Source of the DNA: an uncultured delta proteobacterium
Lineage (GTDB): Bacteria > Desulfobacterota > Binatia > UBA9968
Length of the DNA stretch: 64,000 bases
Assembly (NCBI GenBank): GCA_963760795.1
Contig: CAVXEP010000012.1
Location: 320,001 to 384,000, forward strand
Reading direction: 5' to 3'
The position numbers were made by a program, and so were the translations under genes. Each line of letters begins with the position of its first letter. Position 1 is the stretch's first letter. Under the pieces are notes generated by a model, which did not search any database, was not told the DNA's origin, and saw only the letters and a list, made by a program, of their open reading frames with translations. Below are positions 19,635 through 29,840 of this stretch, piece by piece.

Positions 19635-22178
19635 TCATGATTTATCCGATGATTTGGCGACGGGTGCGGCGAGATCCATGCTCGCATCGGGCGCCTGATC
19701 GCGCACCAGCCGCACCTCACGTTGGGGAAAGGGAAAGGATAATCCAGCGGCGATCACCGCGTCGTACACGGCCGTCGCCAAATCGCTTCTGATGGGTGTT
19801 GGCGGACGGGATTGATCCGTCCACACCCGCAACTCGAAATTGATCGAGCTGTCACCGTAACTCAAGAAAACTGCCTCCGGCGCCGGATGCTTGAGGACCT
19901 GCGGATGCGCCGCCGCCACGCCTACGAGTAGATCGACCACCTTCTTGGGGTTGGCGCCGTAGTTCACTCCTACCGGAAGATCGACGCGCCGCAGCTTGTC
20001 ACTCAGCGTCCAGTTGGTCACTTTCTCGGTGACCATCTGCGAATTGGGCACGATAATGTCGGCCCCCTGCAGCGTGTGCAAGACGCTCGCGCGTATACCG
20101 ATGCGGCGAACTACGCCCTGAAGAGTGCCGACCTCGACTGTATCGCCGACATGGATCGGCCGTTCGAATAGCAAAATAAGACCGGAGACAAAATTATTGA
20201 CGACACTCTGCAGCCCAAAACCGATGCCGACGCTGAAGGCGCCGGCCAGAAGGCTTACCTTGGAAAAATCCACCCCGAGCACACCTAGTGCCGCGACGAA
20301 TCCGAGGGCGAGAATAATGTAATTGAGCAAGCTGGAAGTGGCGTAGGACATACCCGGGGCGAGATCGATTCTCGGGTAGACATCTTCCTGTAAAACGAAG
20401 CGCAGAAAGCGTGACAACAAGTACGCCAGCCAAACGGTCAGAACAAATTCTAGGACATTGCCGATGGAGATGGAAAGCGAGCGGCGCTCTAGCTTGGTTG
20501 CAAGCAGGGCCTCCGCCAAAGACCACGCGGGATCGAGAAGACCGAGATAGCTCAGGTAGCGGATCAACCAGCCCCCGACCATCATCCAAATGAGCAGCCG
20601 ATAAATCCGTCTTTCCAGAAGTTCTCGATGGTGCGCAACCATCTGTAGCGAAGACAACGGCCACACACGCAACGCCAGGGCGAGCAAGCCGGCGCAAACT
20701 TGAAGAGACGCAAAGAATATCAATGCCAGGACGCCCCCAACAAAAATACCCGGGGTCAATAGCCGCGCCAGGCGCGTATAGCCTGCCACCGCCGCCAATA
20801 GCCCGACAAGGAGAACGATGTTGAGAAGAAATCGAGCTAACTTCAGGTCGATCAGACCGGAAGAGTCCGCTCTCGCAGCAATGATCTCCCGATAGTGGCG
20901 GCGCATCGAGTACAGCACGATGATCGCGGCGAGGGTTTCGGCGACCAGAATCGCCTGACCGATCACTTGTATGCCCGCAAAGGTCTGGCGTAGGGCATCG
21001 ACGGCAAACAGAAAACAGCACATGTAGAGCGCGAACGCGACCGCGGCACTGATCATTGGCCGCGCCAGGCGGAGCATCGGCGCCAGCGCTACGACTGTCA
21101 GCAATTGTCGCACGACGGTGGGCAACTGAAAAAATAAAGGCGCGGTCACAAAAACCAGAGTCGTGGCCAACGCCGCTGCGTAGGGGCGCTCGAAGACCAA
21201 GATCGCCGACGATGCACCCACGCCGGACTTTTCCCACACCGCGATCGTGCGCCGCGCCGCCGAGAACACCAAGGCTAAGAAAAGGAAGATAGCGGGATGG
21301 AGAGCCCCGCCCTGACGCGGATCGCGGATGTATTCGGCAACATCTGTCCAATATGCGCCGGCAATCTTGCCGACATGCTCGGGCAGCGCGGCGACCGCAT
21401 CGGACCATAAATCGATCGTCCAGATCGGCGGCGCGTCGCGCGAGAGGATACCGGCGACGGCTTTCTGCTGAAAATCGGCAATTCGCTGCAGCGCTGTCCC
21501 ACATCTCGTCGTTTCCGCCGCCACCCGGCTTTGCAGATCTAAGATGTTGGCACGCTGCGCCTGCAAAGGCACCTGGGCATCGACAATAACTGTGAGCGTT
21601 GCATCCATCTGCTGCAGAATCGGACCGGGGGCCTTTGCCGCTTGCGCCGACGCGCGACTACTACTCCAAAGTTTTTCCAATTCAGCGAGTCGATTCAACG
21701 AATCCTGTAGCTTGGTGGCTTCCAGCGTCAGCGCGTTCAGCCATCCGGTCACCTGCAATTGCGTGGCCTGCCATAGCTGTTGCTCGTTCTGCAATGTCTC
21801 GAGGGTAGGCTCCGCTTCCAGGGCCTTTGTCGTGGCGGCGAATTGCGCGTCCAACTTCTCGCTCAATTCAGGAAGCGTCTTGGCGATGTTTTCGATTTGC
21901 GCGCTGGGCTTTGCGCCCGCTGTCAGATTACCGATTAGGTTGGATACTGCGGTGGCCCATGTGGCAATATCGGCGAGCGGGATCGTAGCCGGCGCTGCCG
22001 CTGCCGCGGGCGTCGGTGGGGCCGGTGGTTGTGCTGTCTCCGTTTTCTTTTGTTCCGCCGCCTCGACTAAAATTGCCGGCAGCGAACAGGCAACGAGCCC
22101 GGCGATAAGTGAAGCGCAGAGCAACGATCGCACCGATCCGCGAGATCTTTTGACGAATGTGAGATCTTCCTGGTTCAT
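19635..22178 (-). CDS. MscS-family mechanosensitive channel with large N-terminal periplasmic/TM extension
   Basis: GAFSVGIGFGLQSVVNNFVSGLILLFERPIHVGD, IIVPNSQM...VTNWT and FPFPQR. Confidence 0.9.
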   Translation of the reverse strand: MNQEDLTFVKRSRGSVRSLLCASLIAGLVACSLPAILVEAAEQKKTETAQPPAPPTPAAAAAPATIPLADIATWATAVSNLIGNLTAGAKPSAQIENIAKTLPELSEKLDAQFAATTKALEAEPTLETLQNEQQLWQATQLQVTGWLNALTLEATKLQDSLNRLAELEKLWSSSRASAQAAKAPGPILQQMDATLTVIVDAQVPLQAQRANILDLQSRVAAETTRCGTALQRIADFQQKAVAGILSRDAPPIWTIDLWSDAVAALPEHVGKIAGAYWTDVAEYIRDPRQGGALHPAIFLFLALVFSAARRTIAVWEKSGVGASSAILVFERPYAAALATTLVFVTAPLFFQLPTVVRQLLTVVALAPMLRLARPMISAAVAFALYMCCFLFAVDALRQTFAGIQVIGQAILVAETLAAIIVLYSMRRHYREIIAARADSSGLIDLKLARFLLNIVLLVGLLAAVAGYTRLARLLTPGIFVGGVLALIFFASLQVCAGLLALALRVWPLSSLQMVAHHRELLERRIYRLLIWMMVGGWLIRYLSYLGLLDPAWSLAEALLATKLERRSLSISIGNVLEFVLTVWLAYLLSRFLRFVLQEDVYPRIDLAPGMSYATSSLLNYIILALGFVAALGVLGVDFSKVSLLAGAFSVGIGFGLQSVVNNFVSGLILLFERPIHVGDTVEVGTLQGVVRRIGIRASVLHTLQGADIIVPNSQMVTEKVTNWTLSDKLRRVDLPVGVNYGANPKKVVDLLVGVAAAHPQVLKHPAPEAVFLSYGDSSINFELRVWTDQSRPPTPIRSDLATAVYDAVIAAGLSFPFPQREVRLVRDQAPDASMDLAAPVAKSSDKS

Positions 22179-23875
22179 GGCGAGGTGGATTGCGGCGGCG
22201 GCTTCTCGAACGCGGCCACGGCATCCGGGAGCTGACTGAAGAGTTTACTAACGTCGACCTTTTGACTTGTCACGGTGGCCAGCGTTTCACGCAAGGGCAG
22301 GTGCGCTTTCGCCACAACGACCTCGATACCGCGGGCGCGCAGCTGCGCCACATACTCGCGCACCTGCTCAGCGGCGGTGATGTCGATGCTCGGAATAGCG
22401 CGGGCGTCGAGTATCACCTGCCGTACCGGATGCTGCTCCTGCGCGATAAAATGCTCGAGGCGCTCGATGAAGAAGCGCACGTTCGCAAAGATTAGCGGGC
22501 CATAGAAACGATACACCACCAGCCCGGGAATCGTATCCGCCGCATCGTCATCACCGACATCGTGCATCGTGGCCGAGCCCTGCTGGCGCCCGAGCAGCGC
22601 GTCCTGCGGACGGACGATCTCCGCCAGCACGCCGAGCAGCGAAAGTACGACGCCGAAGAGGATACCCGGGAGCACGCCCAGCGCGAGAACGCCAAAGGTG
22701 GTCGACGCCGCGACGATCATGCTGAAACCGTGCAATCGCCACAGATGCTGATACACTCGCGGATCGACCAGCGTCACGCCGGTAAAAACGAGGATGGCCG
22801 CGATGGCCACGGATGGAATCGTCGCGATCCACGGCGCGAGCAGGAAGACGAACGCCGCCACCAGCGCTGCGCCGAGGAAGCTGACCATCTGCGTGCGCCC
22901 GCCGGTGCCGTCGTTGAGCAGCGAGCGGGTCTGACTGGAGCCGACTGCAAAGCTGCACACCAAGCCCGCGGCGGCATTGGCCGCGCCAAACGCGATCAAT
23001 TCGCGGTCGGGATTGATCTGGTAGCCATGCTTGGTTGCAACGGAACGTCCGAGCACCACGCCTTCGGAAAATACCAGCAGGGCAATGCCGATGGCCGCGG
23101 TGAACAGCGGGGTCGCATCCGTGATGTGCAAGTGGGGCCGCACCGCGTCGGGCAGGTGCAGGTCCACCGTGCCGATCACCGGCACGCCGAGCGCGGAAAA
23201 ATCCACGAGCCGTCCTGCGATCATTGCCAGCACGAAAACAGCGACCGCCCCAGGTACTTTCGGAACTTTCCATCGGCACAGCGCCAGCACTGCGATGCAC
23301 GCGAGACCGACGAGCAGCGTTCGCGCGTGCGTTTCGTCGAGCCGCGTTGCCCATTCCCACAGGCGCAACAGCGTGTTGTCCTCCTCCAGTCGAATGCCGG
23401 AGAATTTTCCGATTTGGCTGCCGACGATGACGACCGCAGCGCCGTTCATGAAACCGAGCATCGCCGGACTGGAGAGGAAATCCGCTGCGATGCCGAGCCG
23501 CAATCGCGCCATGAGGAACAGCACGCCGGCTGTGAGAAATGCTAGCACCGCCGCTAGCGTAGCGGCTTTGCCCGCGTCCGCCGCTGCGAGCGGGCCGATG
23601 GCCGCGCCGACGAGCAGCGCAATCGCCGCGTCTGGACCCACGATGAGGTGACGCGAACTCGTGAACAGCGCGAACACCACCATTCCCGCCACCGCCGCAT
23701 AGAAGCCCGCGGCCGGCGCACATTTCGCGAGTTCCGCATACGCGAAGGCCGACGGAATCGTCACCAGGGCGACGACGAGTGCCGCGAGCGCATCGTGCCG
23801 AAAATGCGCACGCTCGTAAGCCCAGAGCAGTGCCGCGCCCGGCAGCCACCTACCAAGTCGTTCGCCTGCCGTCAT
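22175..23875 (-). CDS. SulP family anion transporter with STAS domain
   Basis: IPSAFAYAELA, SSRHLIVGPDAA and C-terminal VYRFYGPLIFANV...DARAIPSIDITA. Confidence 0.9.
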   Translation of the reverse strand: MTAGERLGRWLPGAALLWAYERAHFRHDALAALVVALVTIPSAFAYAELAKCAPAAGFYAAVAGMVVFALFTSSRHLIVGPDAAIALLVGAAIGPLAAADAGKAATLAAVLAFLTAGVLFLMARLRLGIAADFLSSPAMLGFMNGAAVVIVGSQIGKFSGIRLEEDNTLLRLWEWATRLDETHARTLLVGLACIAVLALCRWKVPKVPGAVAVFVLAMIAGRLVDFSALGVPVIGTVDLHLPDAVRPHLHITDATPLFTAAIGIALLVFSEGVVLGRSVATKHGYQINPDRELIAFGAANAAAGLVCSFAVGSSQTRSLLNDGTGGRTQMVSFLGAALVAAFVFLLAPWIATIPSVAIAAILVFTGVTLVDPRVYQHLWRLHGFSMIVAASTTFGVLALGVLPGILFGVVLSLLGVLAEIVRPQDALLGRQQGSATMHDVGDDDAADTIPGLVVYRFYGPLIFANVRFFIERLEHFIAQEQHPVRQVILDARAIPSIDITAAEQVREYVAQLRARGIEVVVAKAHLPLRETLATVTSQKVDVSKLFSQLPDAVAAFEKPPPQSTSP

Positions 23876-24189
23876 GACGTGATGTTTTCATTAAACTGGG
23901 CTCAATTCTAGTAAATCGTACACATGCTTATTGCAGGGCTGTCTTTGCCTGAGCGGTATAACTATTAGTGAGCCGCCGTTAGCTGCCACAAAAGCGGATC
24001 GGCTTAGTCCGGCGACGGCTTACACAATAAAGTCCAAATCGATTGCAATATTCATTAGCTATCTCACCTTAACAAGGTAAAGTTTCCCGCCAACCCCTGC
24101 CGAGCCCGGCGGGTTATCTCGCTGTCGATTCGGCGAATCCTGCCGGCGCTTTCGGGCTGAAGTTGATGCCGATCGCGGCCTAAGCTTTG

Positions 24190-24570
24190 CGCGTTCTTTG
24201 AGCTTTAGATTGATCCAGATATCGACAAATTTTGCGAAGTCGGGGTCCGGTGCGAGGGGATAAGCGAGCGGCACTTTGATGGGGCGAGGCATAGGCACGA
24301 CCACCGCAAGTTCGGGGTGTAGCAATGTCCACGCAGAGCCCTGCTCAGCCGTCAGCACCAGCGCGTCGAGCTTTTTGCCTTCGGGTCCGAACATAGCCGC
24401 TATGGAATTTAGCGGCACGACTTCAGCAGCAGGAAGTTCGGTTTTAACTTTGTCGAGGTAGTACGGCACATTGGGCACGCCTATACGCAGCCGGCCTAGC
24501 TGGCGCACGCTTCCCCAATTGGCAAACTGATCGCGCCGGTAATCGGCAACGACGAAAGCGAGAGTCTCAA
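24190..24570 (-). pseudogene. Fragment of a solute-binding (SBP_bac_3-like) domain typical of dicarboxylate/amino acid symporter-SBP fusions
   Basis: ETLAFVVADYRRDQF...RIGVPNVPYY...AEQGSAWTLLHP...VPLAYP...FVDIWINLK. No plausible start, and it runs into an unrelated tail. Confidence 0.6.
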
Positions 24571-24659
24571 AGCATGGCGAGCACAGGCCAAAAAATCGAA
24601 ATTAAAATATTCCGCGGGAGCTGCCTGATAGGCCGCTACCAAAAGCATGCTAAAGCGAA

Positions 24660-25271
24660 CTACTTGTCACCCACCCGTCGACCTTCGGTCACTTTGCGAG
24701 TTTCGGCGACCTTGTGCCAGCTGTCCCAGTCCACCAGCAGCATGGCATCGGCTCCAGAAACCAGGTTAAGCTGTGTACCCTTGAAGATAAAAACTTTTCC
24801 GGGAACCTCCGTGACTCTCTTAAAGCTCTTGCCGCCTTCGACCTCGCTGGCAATATAGTACCGACTGTCGTTTACGTTCGGGTCCGCGACAAAAGGAACT
24901 TCAGCACCGCCCTCTCTAAAGTTCACTTTAATCCAATTCGGGCCTGCTGCCGTGACCACACCAGGAGTCAACATCGGTACTACGAACGACTGCGTTGCCG
25001 TGGGGTCTTTAACTTGGGCGACAACCTGCGTCGAGACATAGAATTGCACCTTTTTGAGATCGTCTTCGCTCAGGCTGAGAGCCTGCCGATGGGTGTAATT
25101 TTGAAAAGGAAGTGTCGTCGGGCCCGACGCGCAGCCGACAAGAAAAAAGAAGAGAGACACTGCCAGGCAGCCTTGAAGGTTTTGCCAGTGGTTCGAGCAT
25201 GTCCGAGAATCCACGAACACAGATGCCAGTTGCGGGGTCGATCGCATGCCGCGTTTTTTTTGGACTTCCAT
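24660..25271 (-). CDS. Hypothetical lipoprotein
   Basis: Hydrophobic stretch ending in an LVGC lipobox. AGGAG RBS. 203 aa. Confidence 0.6.
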   Translation of the reverse strand: MEVQKKRGMRSTPQLASVFVDSRTCSNHWQNLQGCLAVSLFFFLVGCASGPTTLPFQNYTHRQALSLSEDDLKKVQFYVSTQVVAQVKDPTATQSFVVPMLTPGVVTAAGPNWIKVNFREGGAEVPFVADPNVNDSRYYIASEVEGGKSFKRVTEVPGKVFIFKGTQLNLVSGADAMLLVDWDSWHKVAETRKVTEGRRVGDK

Positions 25272-25352
25272 TGATACAACTCCTTTGTGCCGACATTGAA
25301 ACGCTTCCTCGGTCTGCGAGGCCAGTGGACATTGCCTGCCATCACCAACATT

Positions 25353-26219
25353 TTATTCGGGTAACCCGTTGAGCAGATACATGGACAGAATCGCCGCGCT
25401 GGGTTTGCCGAAGGCGCCAAACCACCGGTCGTAAATTGGCACAATGTTGCCCGAGCGGTAGATCTCAGCCAATGTCCGGTTTACCGCCAGCCTGAACGCC
25501 GCGTCGTTGCGCCGCACCATGAATCCGTAAGGCTCATACGAAAACAGGATGCCCGGCAGCGCAAAACGCGACGGATCTTTCGAGGTAACCGCTAGTCCGA
25601 CTAAGATACCGCGATCCGAGGCGAATGCATCCGCTGAACCCTTTTCGATCGCCGCGACCCCTTCCACGTGATTTTTCACGGGAACGATTTTGACCGCAAC
25701 GAATTCCTCCTTGAGATATTTATCCAACGCGGTCTGCGTCGTGGTCCCTGGAATGACGGCGATACGTTTATCGGCGAGATCGGCCACCGCGCCAAGCTTC
25801 AAGCTGGACGAAGTCAACAGGCCGCCGCCGTCGACGAACGTCATTAAACTGAAATCGACTTTTTCCTGGCGCGAAAGACTGGCGGTGCTCGTGCCGCACT
25901 CGATATCCACCTTGCCCGATGCCACCATTTCAAGTCGATTCGCGGTCGTGACCGGAACCCAATTGAGTTTCAGACTGACCCCGAGTTGCTTTTGGATGGC
26001 ACTGGCGATCTGCGTGCAGAGATCGATGGAATAACCCACCGGCCGCCGATCCGGTCCTGGAAAGGAAAATGGCGGCGCCGACTCAAGGTAACCTAAGGTA
26101 AATGTTTCGGCCGTTTTGATCTTCTTGAGCGTCCCGTCCAATTCCTGACCGGGCGCCGCACCGACCATCATCATGGCCGACACAATTAGAGTCGCGCCGA
26201 TTATCTTGATATTCGTCAT
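25353..26219 (-). CDS. Polar amino acid (Glu/Asp-type) ABC substrate-binding protein, orphan
   Basis: GTLKKIK, PPFSF, GYSIDLC, VDIECGTST, VDFS and SYEPYGFMVRRND. Confidence 0.88.
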   Translation of the reverse strand: MTNIKIIGATLIVSAMMMVGAAPGQELDGTLKKIKTAETFTLGYLESAPPFSFPGPDRRPVGYSIDLCTQIASAIQKQLGVSLKLNWVPVTTANRLEMVASGKVDIECGTSTASLSRQEKVDFSLMTFVDGGGLLTSSSLKLGAVADLADKRIAVIPGTTTQTALDKYLKEEFVAVKIVPVKNHVEGVAAIEKGSADAFASDRGILVGLAVTSKDPSRFALPGILFSYEPYGFMVRRNDAAFRLAVNRTLAEIYRSGNIVPIYDRWFGAFGKPSAAILSMYLLNGLPE

Positions 26220-26393
26220 CTGCTTCTCCTTAAACTAAAAGTGAAATTGAGACATTGAAACGTCCCGCCATAACTTTAAACGCAAAATCAAATATGAAAC
26301 AACTCAAGATCTCGAATCCGGCCCGGAAACTGGTTCCCTGGCCCTGGTAAACAGAATTGAAATCAATATAGGCCGAAGTCGGAGGCCGCGTAT

Positions 26394-26411
26394 ATTAGAC
26401 TTTGGTCCAAT
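26394..26411. promoter_or_regulatory. Palindromic operator copy 3 (ATTAGACTTTGGTCCAAT)
   Basis: One mismatch to the consensus. 175 bp upstream of the binding-protein start. Confidence 0.78.
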
Positions 26412-26535
26412 GTGGAAAAATAAATTAAATCTCTGCTGCTGTCCGGGATCAAATCAAAACATCAGCTCCCTTAGTTCTTTGCTCTCTGCGCCGGGCATTT
26501 TCACTCGACACTCGACACCCGACACTCCTGCGCGC

Positions 26536-27126
26536 CTACTGCCCCGATCGATCAAGCGCGCTTATTGCGGCAGCGATGTCCTGGCTCAAGCGCGCGAGCG
26601 CGCGGCTGTGGGCGGCGGCGAGCGCATCGTAGCTTTTCACTGGCACGGTTTCGCGCGCGGTGGTGCGTCCTGGTTCGGTCTTGCCGTCCTTGGTCCGGCG
26701 CACGGTCCAGACCGCGTCGACAATTGCTGCCTCGCCCGGCGCCGACTGAAAGCTTTGCACCTCGATGGCGACGCGATAATCGGTGTCCGCGCTCAACGAC
26801 TGCGCCGCCAAGGTCACGCGCGGCGTGCCCAGCATCAGCACGAGATTATCGGCGATCACGCGGGCGATATTATTTTGCAGCGGCGCCGCCCAGCGGTTGA
26901 ACTCTTCCAGTCGCACTTGATTCGGGCCGATGTCGACAACGATCTGCGGCCGATCGACCACGGCGGGCACGGACACCGGACCCACCGCTACCGATAGTTT
27001 GGCTGGCGTCGCAGCAGGCCCGTTCGTAGCGCTTAGGGTATAAAAGCGCGACGGCGGCGTGGACCCGCAGCCGGTCGCGAGAGCGGCGAGGGCGCAGACA
27101 GAAGCAAGAGCGGTGCGGTGGCGCAT
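26536..27126 (-). CDS. pqiC: PqiC-like ABC-type transport auxiliary lipoprotein
   Basis: Lipobox ATGC, STPPSRFYTL, VGPVSVPAVVDRPQIV and NRWAAPL. Downstream of pqiB. Confidence 0.85.
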   Translation of the reverse strand: MRHRTALASVCALAALATGCGSTPPSRFYTLSATNGPAATPAKLSVAVGPVSVPAVVDRPQIVVDIGPNQVRLEEFNRWAAPLQNNIARVIADNLVLMLGTPRVTLAAQSLSADTDYRVAIEVQSFQSAPGEAAIVDAVWTVRRTKDGKTEPGRTTARETVPVKSYDALAAAHSRALARLSQDIAAAISALDRSGQ

Positions 27127-27180
27127 TGGATTCTTACCTTTCAAATGTTTCAAGTGAACGACTTCACCAGGGATCCTTAT

Positions 27181-27336
27181 CTAGCCGGTTGCTGAAAAAC
27201 CTAGATTGCAGACTGCTCAAAAAGATCTCAGAGGCGAGGCGCGCGAAATTTCGACGTGCGCAGGCGTACGCCTGTACGTTGGAGCGAGGCGATTGAGCGC
27301 AACGAAGCATATGAGTCTTTTTCAGCAGCCTGTTAG
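27181..27336. mobile_element. 156-bp MITE-like element with terminal inverted repeats
   Basis: CTAGCCGGTTGCTGAAAAA ... TTTTTCAGCAGCCTGTTAG (16/19 match). Internal palindrome CAGGCGTACGCCTG. No ORF. Confidence 0.7.
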
Positions 27337-29006
27337 GGCTTCTCCTCGCTCTTGCCCCGCAGCAGCGCTTCGGGATGTTGCTCTAGATAGTCGGTCAATA
27401 TGCGCAACGATCGGGCGGCGCGGGCCATCTCCTGCAGGGCGTCGCGCAAATCCTGCTGAGCCGGCGCATTAGGACCTACGAGTGTGGCATCCGCGTTTTT
27501 GAGTACGCCGTCGGCGCCGGAAAGTGTGCGGCGCAATTCCTCGATGGTAGTTCTCAAACCGGGGGTGACTTCTGCGTCAATACGGTTCACTGCCTTGTCG
27601 GCCGATTTCAGCGTTTGATCGAGAGAGGCGAGCGCTTTGGTGAGATCGGTGCCAATCGCTTCGTAAGGCAAATTGTCGAGCTTGGCGAGAATGCCGGTCA
27701 CCTTTTGCTCGAGATCCGTGATTGCTCCCGGCATCACCGGGAGCTCCACAGGGTCCCGGCTCCAGTCAATTTTCGCTTTGGGCGCGTTCGGAAAGAAATC
27801 GAAGGCGACAAACAGCTGGCCGGTGAGCAGGTTGCCGCTGCGCAGCTGGGCGCGCAGCCCGCGCTGCTCGACCAAGCGCCGCATGATCGCCTGGCGCTCC
27901 AGTGCGTTGCCCTGGAGCATTTTGCCGATGTCCGCTTTATTTGGGCCCAAGCGCGCGACCAGACGCTCGGGATAAGACACCACCTCGACCCGCGCTCGAG
28001 TGTTCATCGTCGCCGGGTCTATGGCGAGGCCGACATCGGTAACCTCGCCCGCCGGCAACCCGAGCAGGGTGACGGGCGCGCCCACGGACAACCCGCGCAG
28101 CGATTCGCTGAAATGGAGCACATAGCGCGTTGAGATGGACTCCGGCTGCTTCATTGCGGTGGTTTGGTCGGCGTAGAGCGTGAAGACCGTGTTCGCGGCG
28201 GCGGGCTCCGTGTTGGCAGCAAATGATGGCGTATTGAACGCGAGACCGCCGGCGAGCACCGCGATGAGAGATTGCGTGCGCACTTCCACTCCGCCCGCGC
28301 CGATTGACGCATCGATGCCGCTCGCGTTCCAGAAGCGGGTGCCGGGATTGACGTATTTGTCGTAGGGCGCGTTGACGAAAATCTTGATCTCGATTTCCTT
28401 GCCGTCGGCTGCGAGGCCATAGGCGACGACCTGCCCCGCCAGCAGCCGGTGGTAATAAATCGGCGAGCCGATTCCTAGCGAGCCGAGGCTATTGGCCTTG
28501 AGAACGAACTGCCGGCCCGCTTGACCGCCGGTGATGATCGGCGGCACATCGAGCCCGGTGTATTGGCGTTGCGCCTTGTCGGACTTGCCGAGCTCGAAAC
28601 CGATGTAGTTGCCCGAGAGCAGGGTGCCTAGGCCTGATACTCCGCTCAGCGTGACCCGCGGCTCGACGACCCAAAACTTGGCATCCTCGACCATCAGCCC
28701 CGCCGCGCTTTTATCGATCTTCGCCGTCACTTCTACCTTCGTGTGGTCGGCGGAGAGCTTCACCGCCGTCACCTGGCCGATGTTTACGTCCTTATACTTG
28801 ATGAAAGTCTTGCCGGCCTCTAACCCCTCTGCGGTTTTGAAGACGATGTTGATGGTCGGGCCCTCGCTCATGATGCGCTGGATGGCAATACCAGCAGCCA
28901 CCACTGCGGCGAGGATCGGGATGATCCAGACGATCGAAATCCGCGTGCCTCGCTTGCGCACGACGGTGGCCTGCGGCAAGTCGTCGCGATCGATGCTCTC
29001 AGCCAT
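27333..29006 (-). CDS. pqiB: PqiB/MlaD multi-MCE domain intermembrane transport protein
   Basis: SIVWIIPI, AEGLEAGKTFIKYKDVNIG, GLGTLLSGNYI, FWNASG, RAQLRSGNLLTG and YLEQHPEALLRGK. Confidence 0.92.
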   Translation of the reverse strand: MAESIDRDDLPQATVVRKRGTRISIVWIIPILAAVVAAGIAIQRIMSEGPTINIVFKTAEGLEAGKTFIKYKDVNIGQVTAVKLSADHTKVEVTAKIDKSAAGLMVEDAKFWVVEPRVTLSGVSGLGTLLSGNYIGFELGKSDKAQRQYTGLDVPPIITGGQAGRQFVLKANSLGSLGIGSPIYYHRLLAGQVVAYGLAADGKEIEIKIFVNAPYDKYVNPGTRFWNASGIDASIGAGGVEVRTQSLIAVLAGGLAFNTPSFAANTEPAAANTVFTLYADQTTAMKQPESISTRYVLHFSESLRGLSVGAPVTLLGLPAGEVTDVGLAIDPATMNTRARVEVVSYPERLVARLGPNKADIGKMLQGNALERQAIMRRLVEQRGLRAQLRSGNLLTGQLFVAFDFFPNAPKAKIDWSRDPVELPVMPGAITDLEQKVTGILAKLDNLPYEAIGTDLTKALASLDQTLKSADKAVNRIDAEVTPGLRTTIEELRRTLSGADGVLKNADATLVGPNAPAQQDLRDALQEMARAARSLRILTDYLEQHPEALLRGKSEEKP

Positions 29007-29640
29007 GCAGCCCCTCCCTGTTTCCAAGCGAATCCCAAATCAAGCGCGGGTCGAAGGACTCCGCCGCAATCATCGTCAACACCACCACCGCCGCAAAAAA
29101 CAGCACCCCGGCACCGGGCTCGACAAACATCAGCGGCTGGAGCTGTACAAGAGCAACGGTAAAAGTGACGACGAACACATCGAGCATCGACCAGCGGCCG
29201 ATGAACTCGACCATTCGGTACAGCCGGGTGCGCTCACGGCTGCCGAGCTGCGAGCCGCGCTGCACCGTAATCAACAGATAGGCGAGCGCCACCAGCTTGC
29301 CGAACGGGATTATTATGCTGGCGATCAACACGATCAGCGCCAGCGGCCACGATCCCGAAGTGTAAAGAAACACCACACCTCCCATGATATTTTCGGCATC
29401 GACGGAACCGAGCTTTGTCGAGCTCATTACCGGCAGGACGTTGGCTGGAATAAAACAGATTGCCGCGGCGATGAGCAGCGCCCAGGTGTATTGAATGGAA
29501 TGGTGGTGGCGCCACTCGAGGTTGTCGCCACAGCGCGGACAGTAGCCCGGCTCGGCCGGATCGGCCGGCCGCAACAGCAAGCCGCAGGTTTCGCAGGAAA
29601 CCAGTCCCGCCTGGGCTGCAGTGAGTGGGGTGGTGCTCAT
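28999..29640 (-). CDS. pqiA: Paraquat-inducible protein A (C-half type)
   Basis: CETCG...CPRCG zinc ribbon, IPANVLPVM, EFIGRWSMLDVFVV and SFDPRLIWD. Confidence 0.9.
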   Translation of the reverse strand: MSTTPLTAAQAGLVSCETCGLLLRPADPAEPGYCPRCGDNLEWRHHHSIQYTWALLIAAAICFIPANVLPVMSSTKLGSVDAENIMGGVVFLYTSGSWPLALIVLIASIIIPFGKLVALAYLLITVQRGSQLGSRERTRLYRMVEFIGRWSMLDVFVVTFTVALVQLQPLMFVEPGAGVLFFAAVVVLTMIAAESFDPRLIWDSLGNREGLHG

Positions 29641-29775
29641 AATTTTCCGTGCGTAATCGTTTTCGCAGCTTGCGCAACGCCTCGAGGGCGCGATCAGTCG
29701 CGGCCCGACAAATCAATGTCATTTCCGCCTCGTGCGTTTTGCCGTGAATTCTCCGGTTCCGATTCTCCTTCCGAC

Positions 29776-29814
29776 AACGATTTGAACGGCTTGAACGGTT
29801 TGAACGACTGGAAC
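29776..29814. repeat. 9-bp tandem repeat, family C (AACGGYTTG)
   Basis: AACGATTTG AACGGCTTG AACGGTTTG AACGACTGG AAC. A second array lies at 35201-35240. Confidence 0.75.
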
Positions 29815-29840
29815 TCTATTTTGGTTGCGCCGCCGCCGCG

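Noticed and set aside
23996-24038. Partial operator matches (CTTAGTCC; AGTCCAAA) upstream of sulP
   Set aside because: Only half-sites without the left arm, too weak to call by eye. A PWM scan should revisit them.
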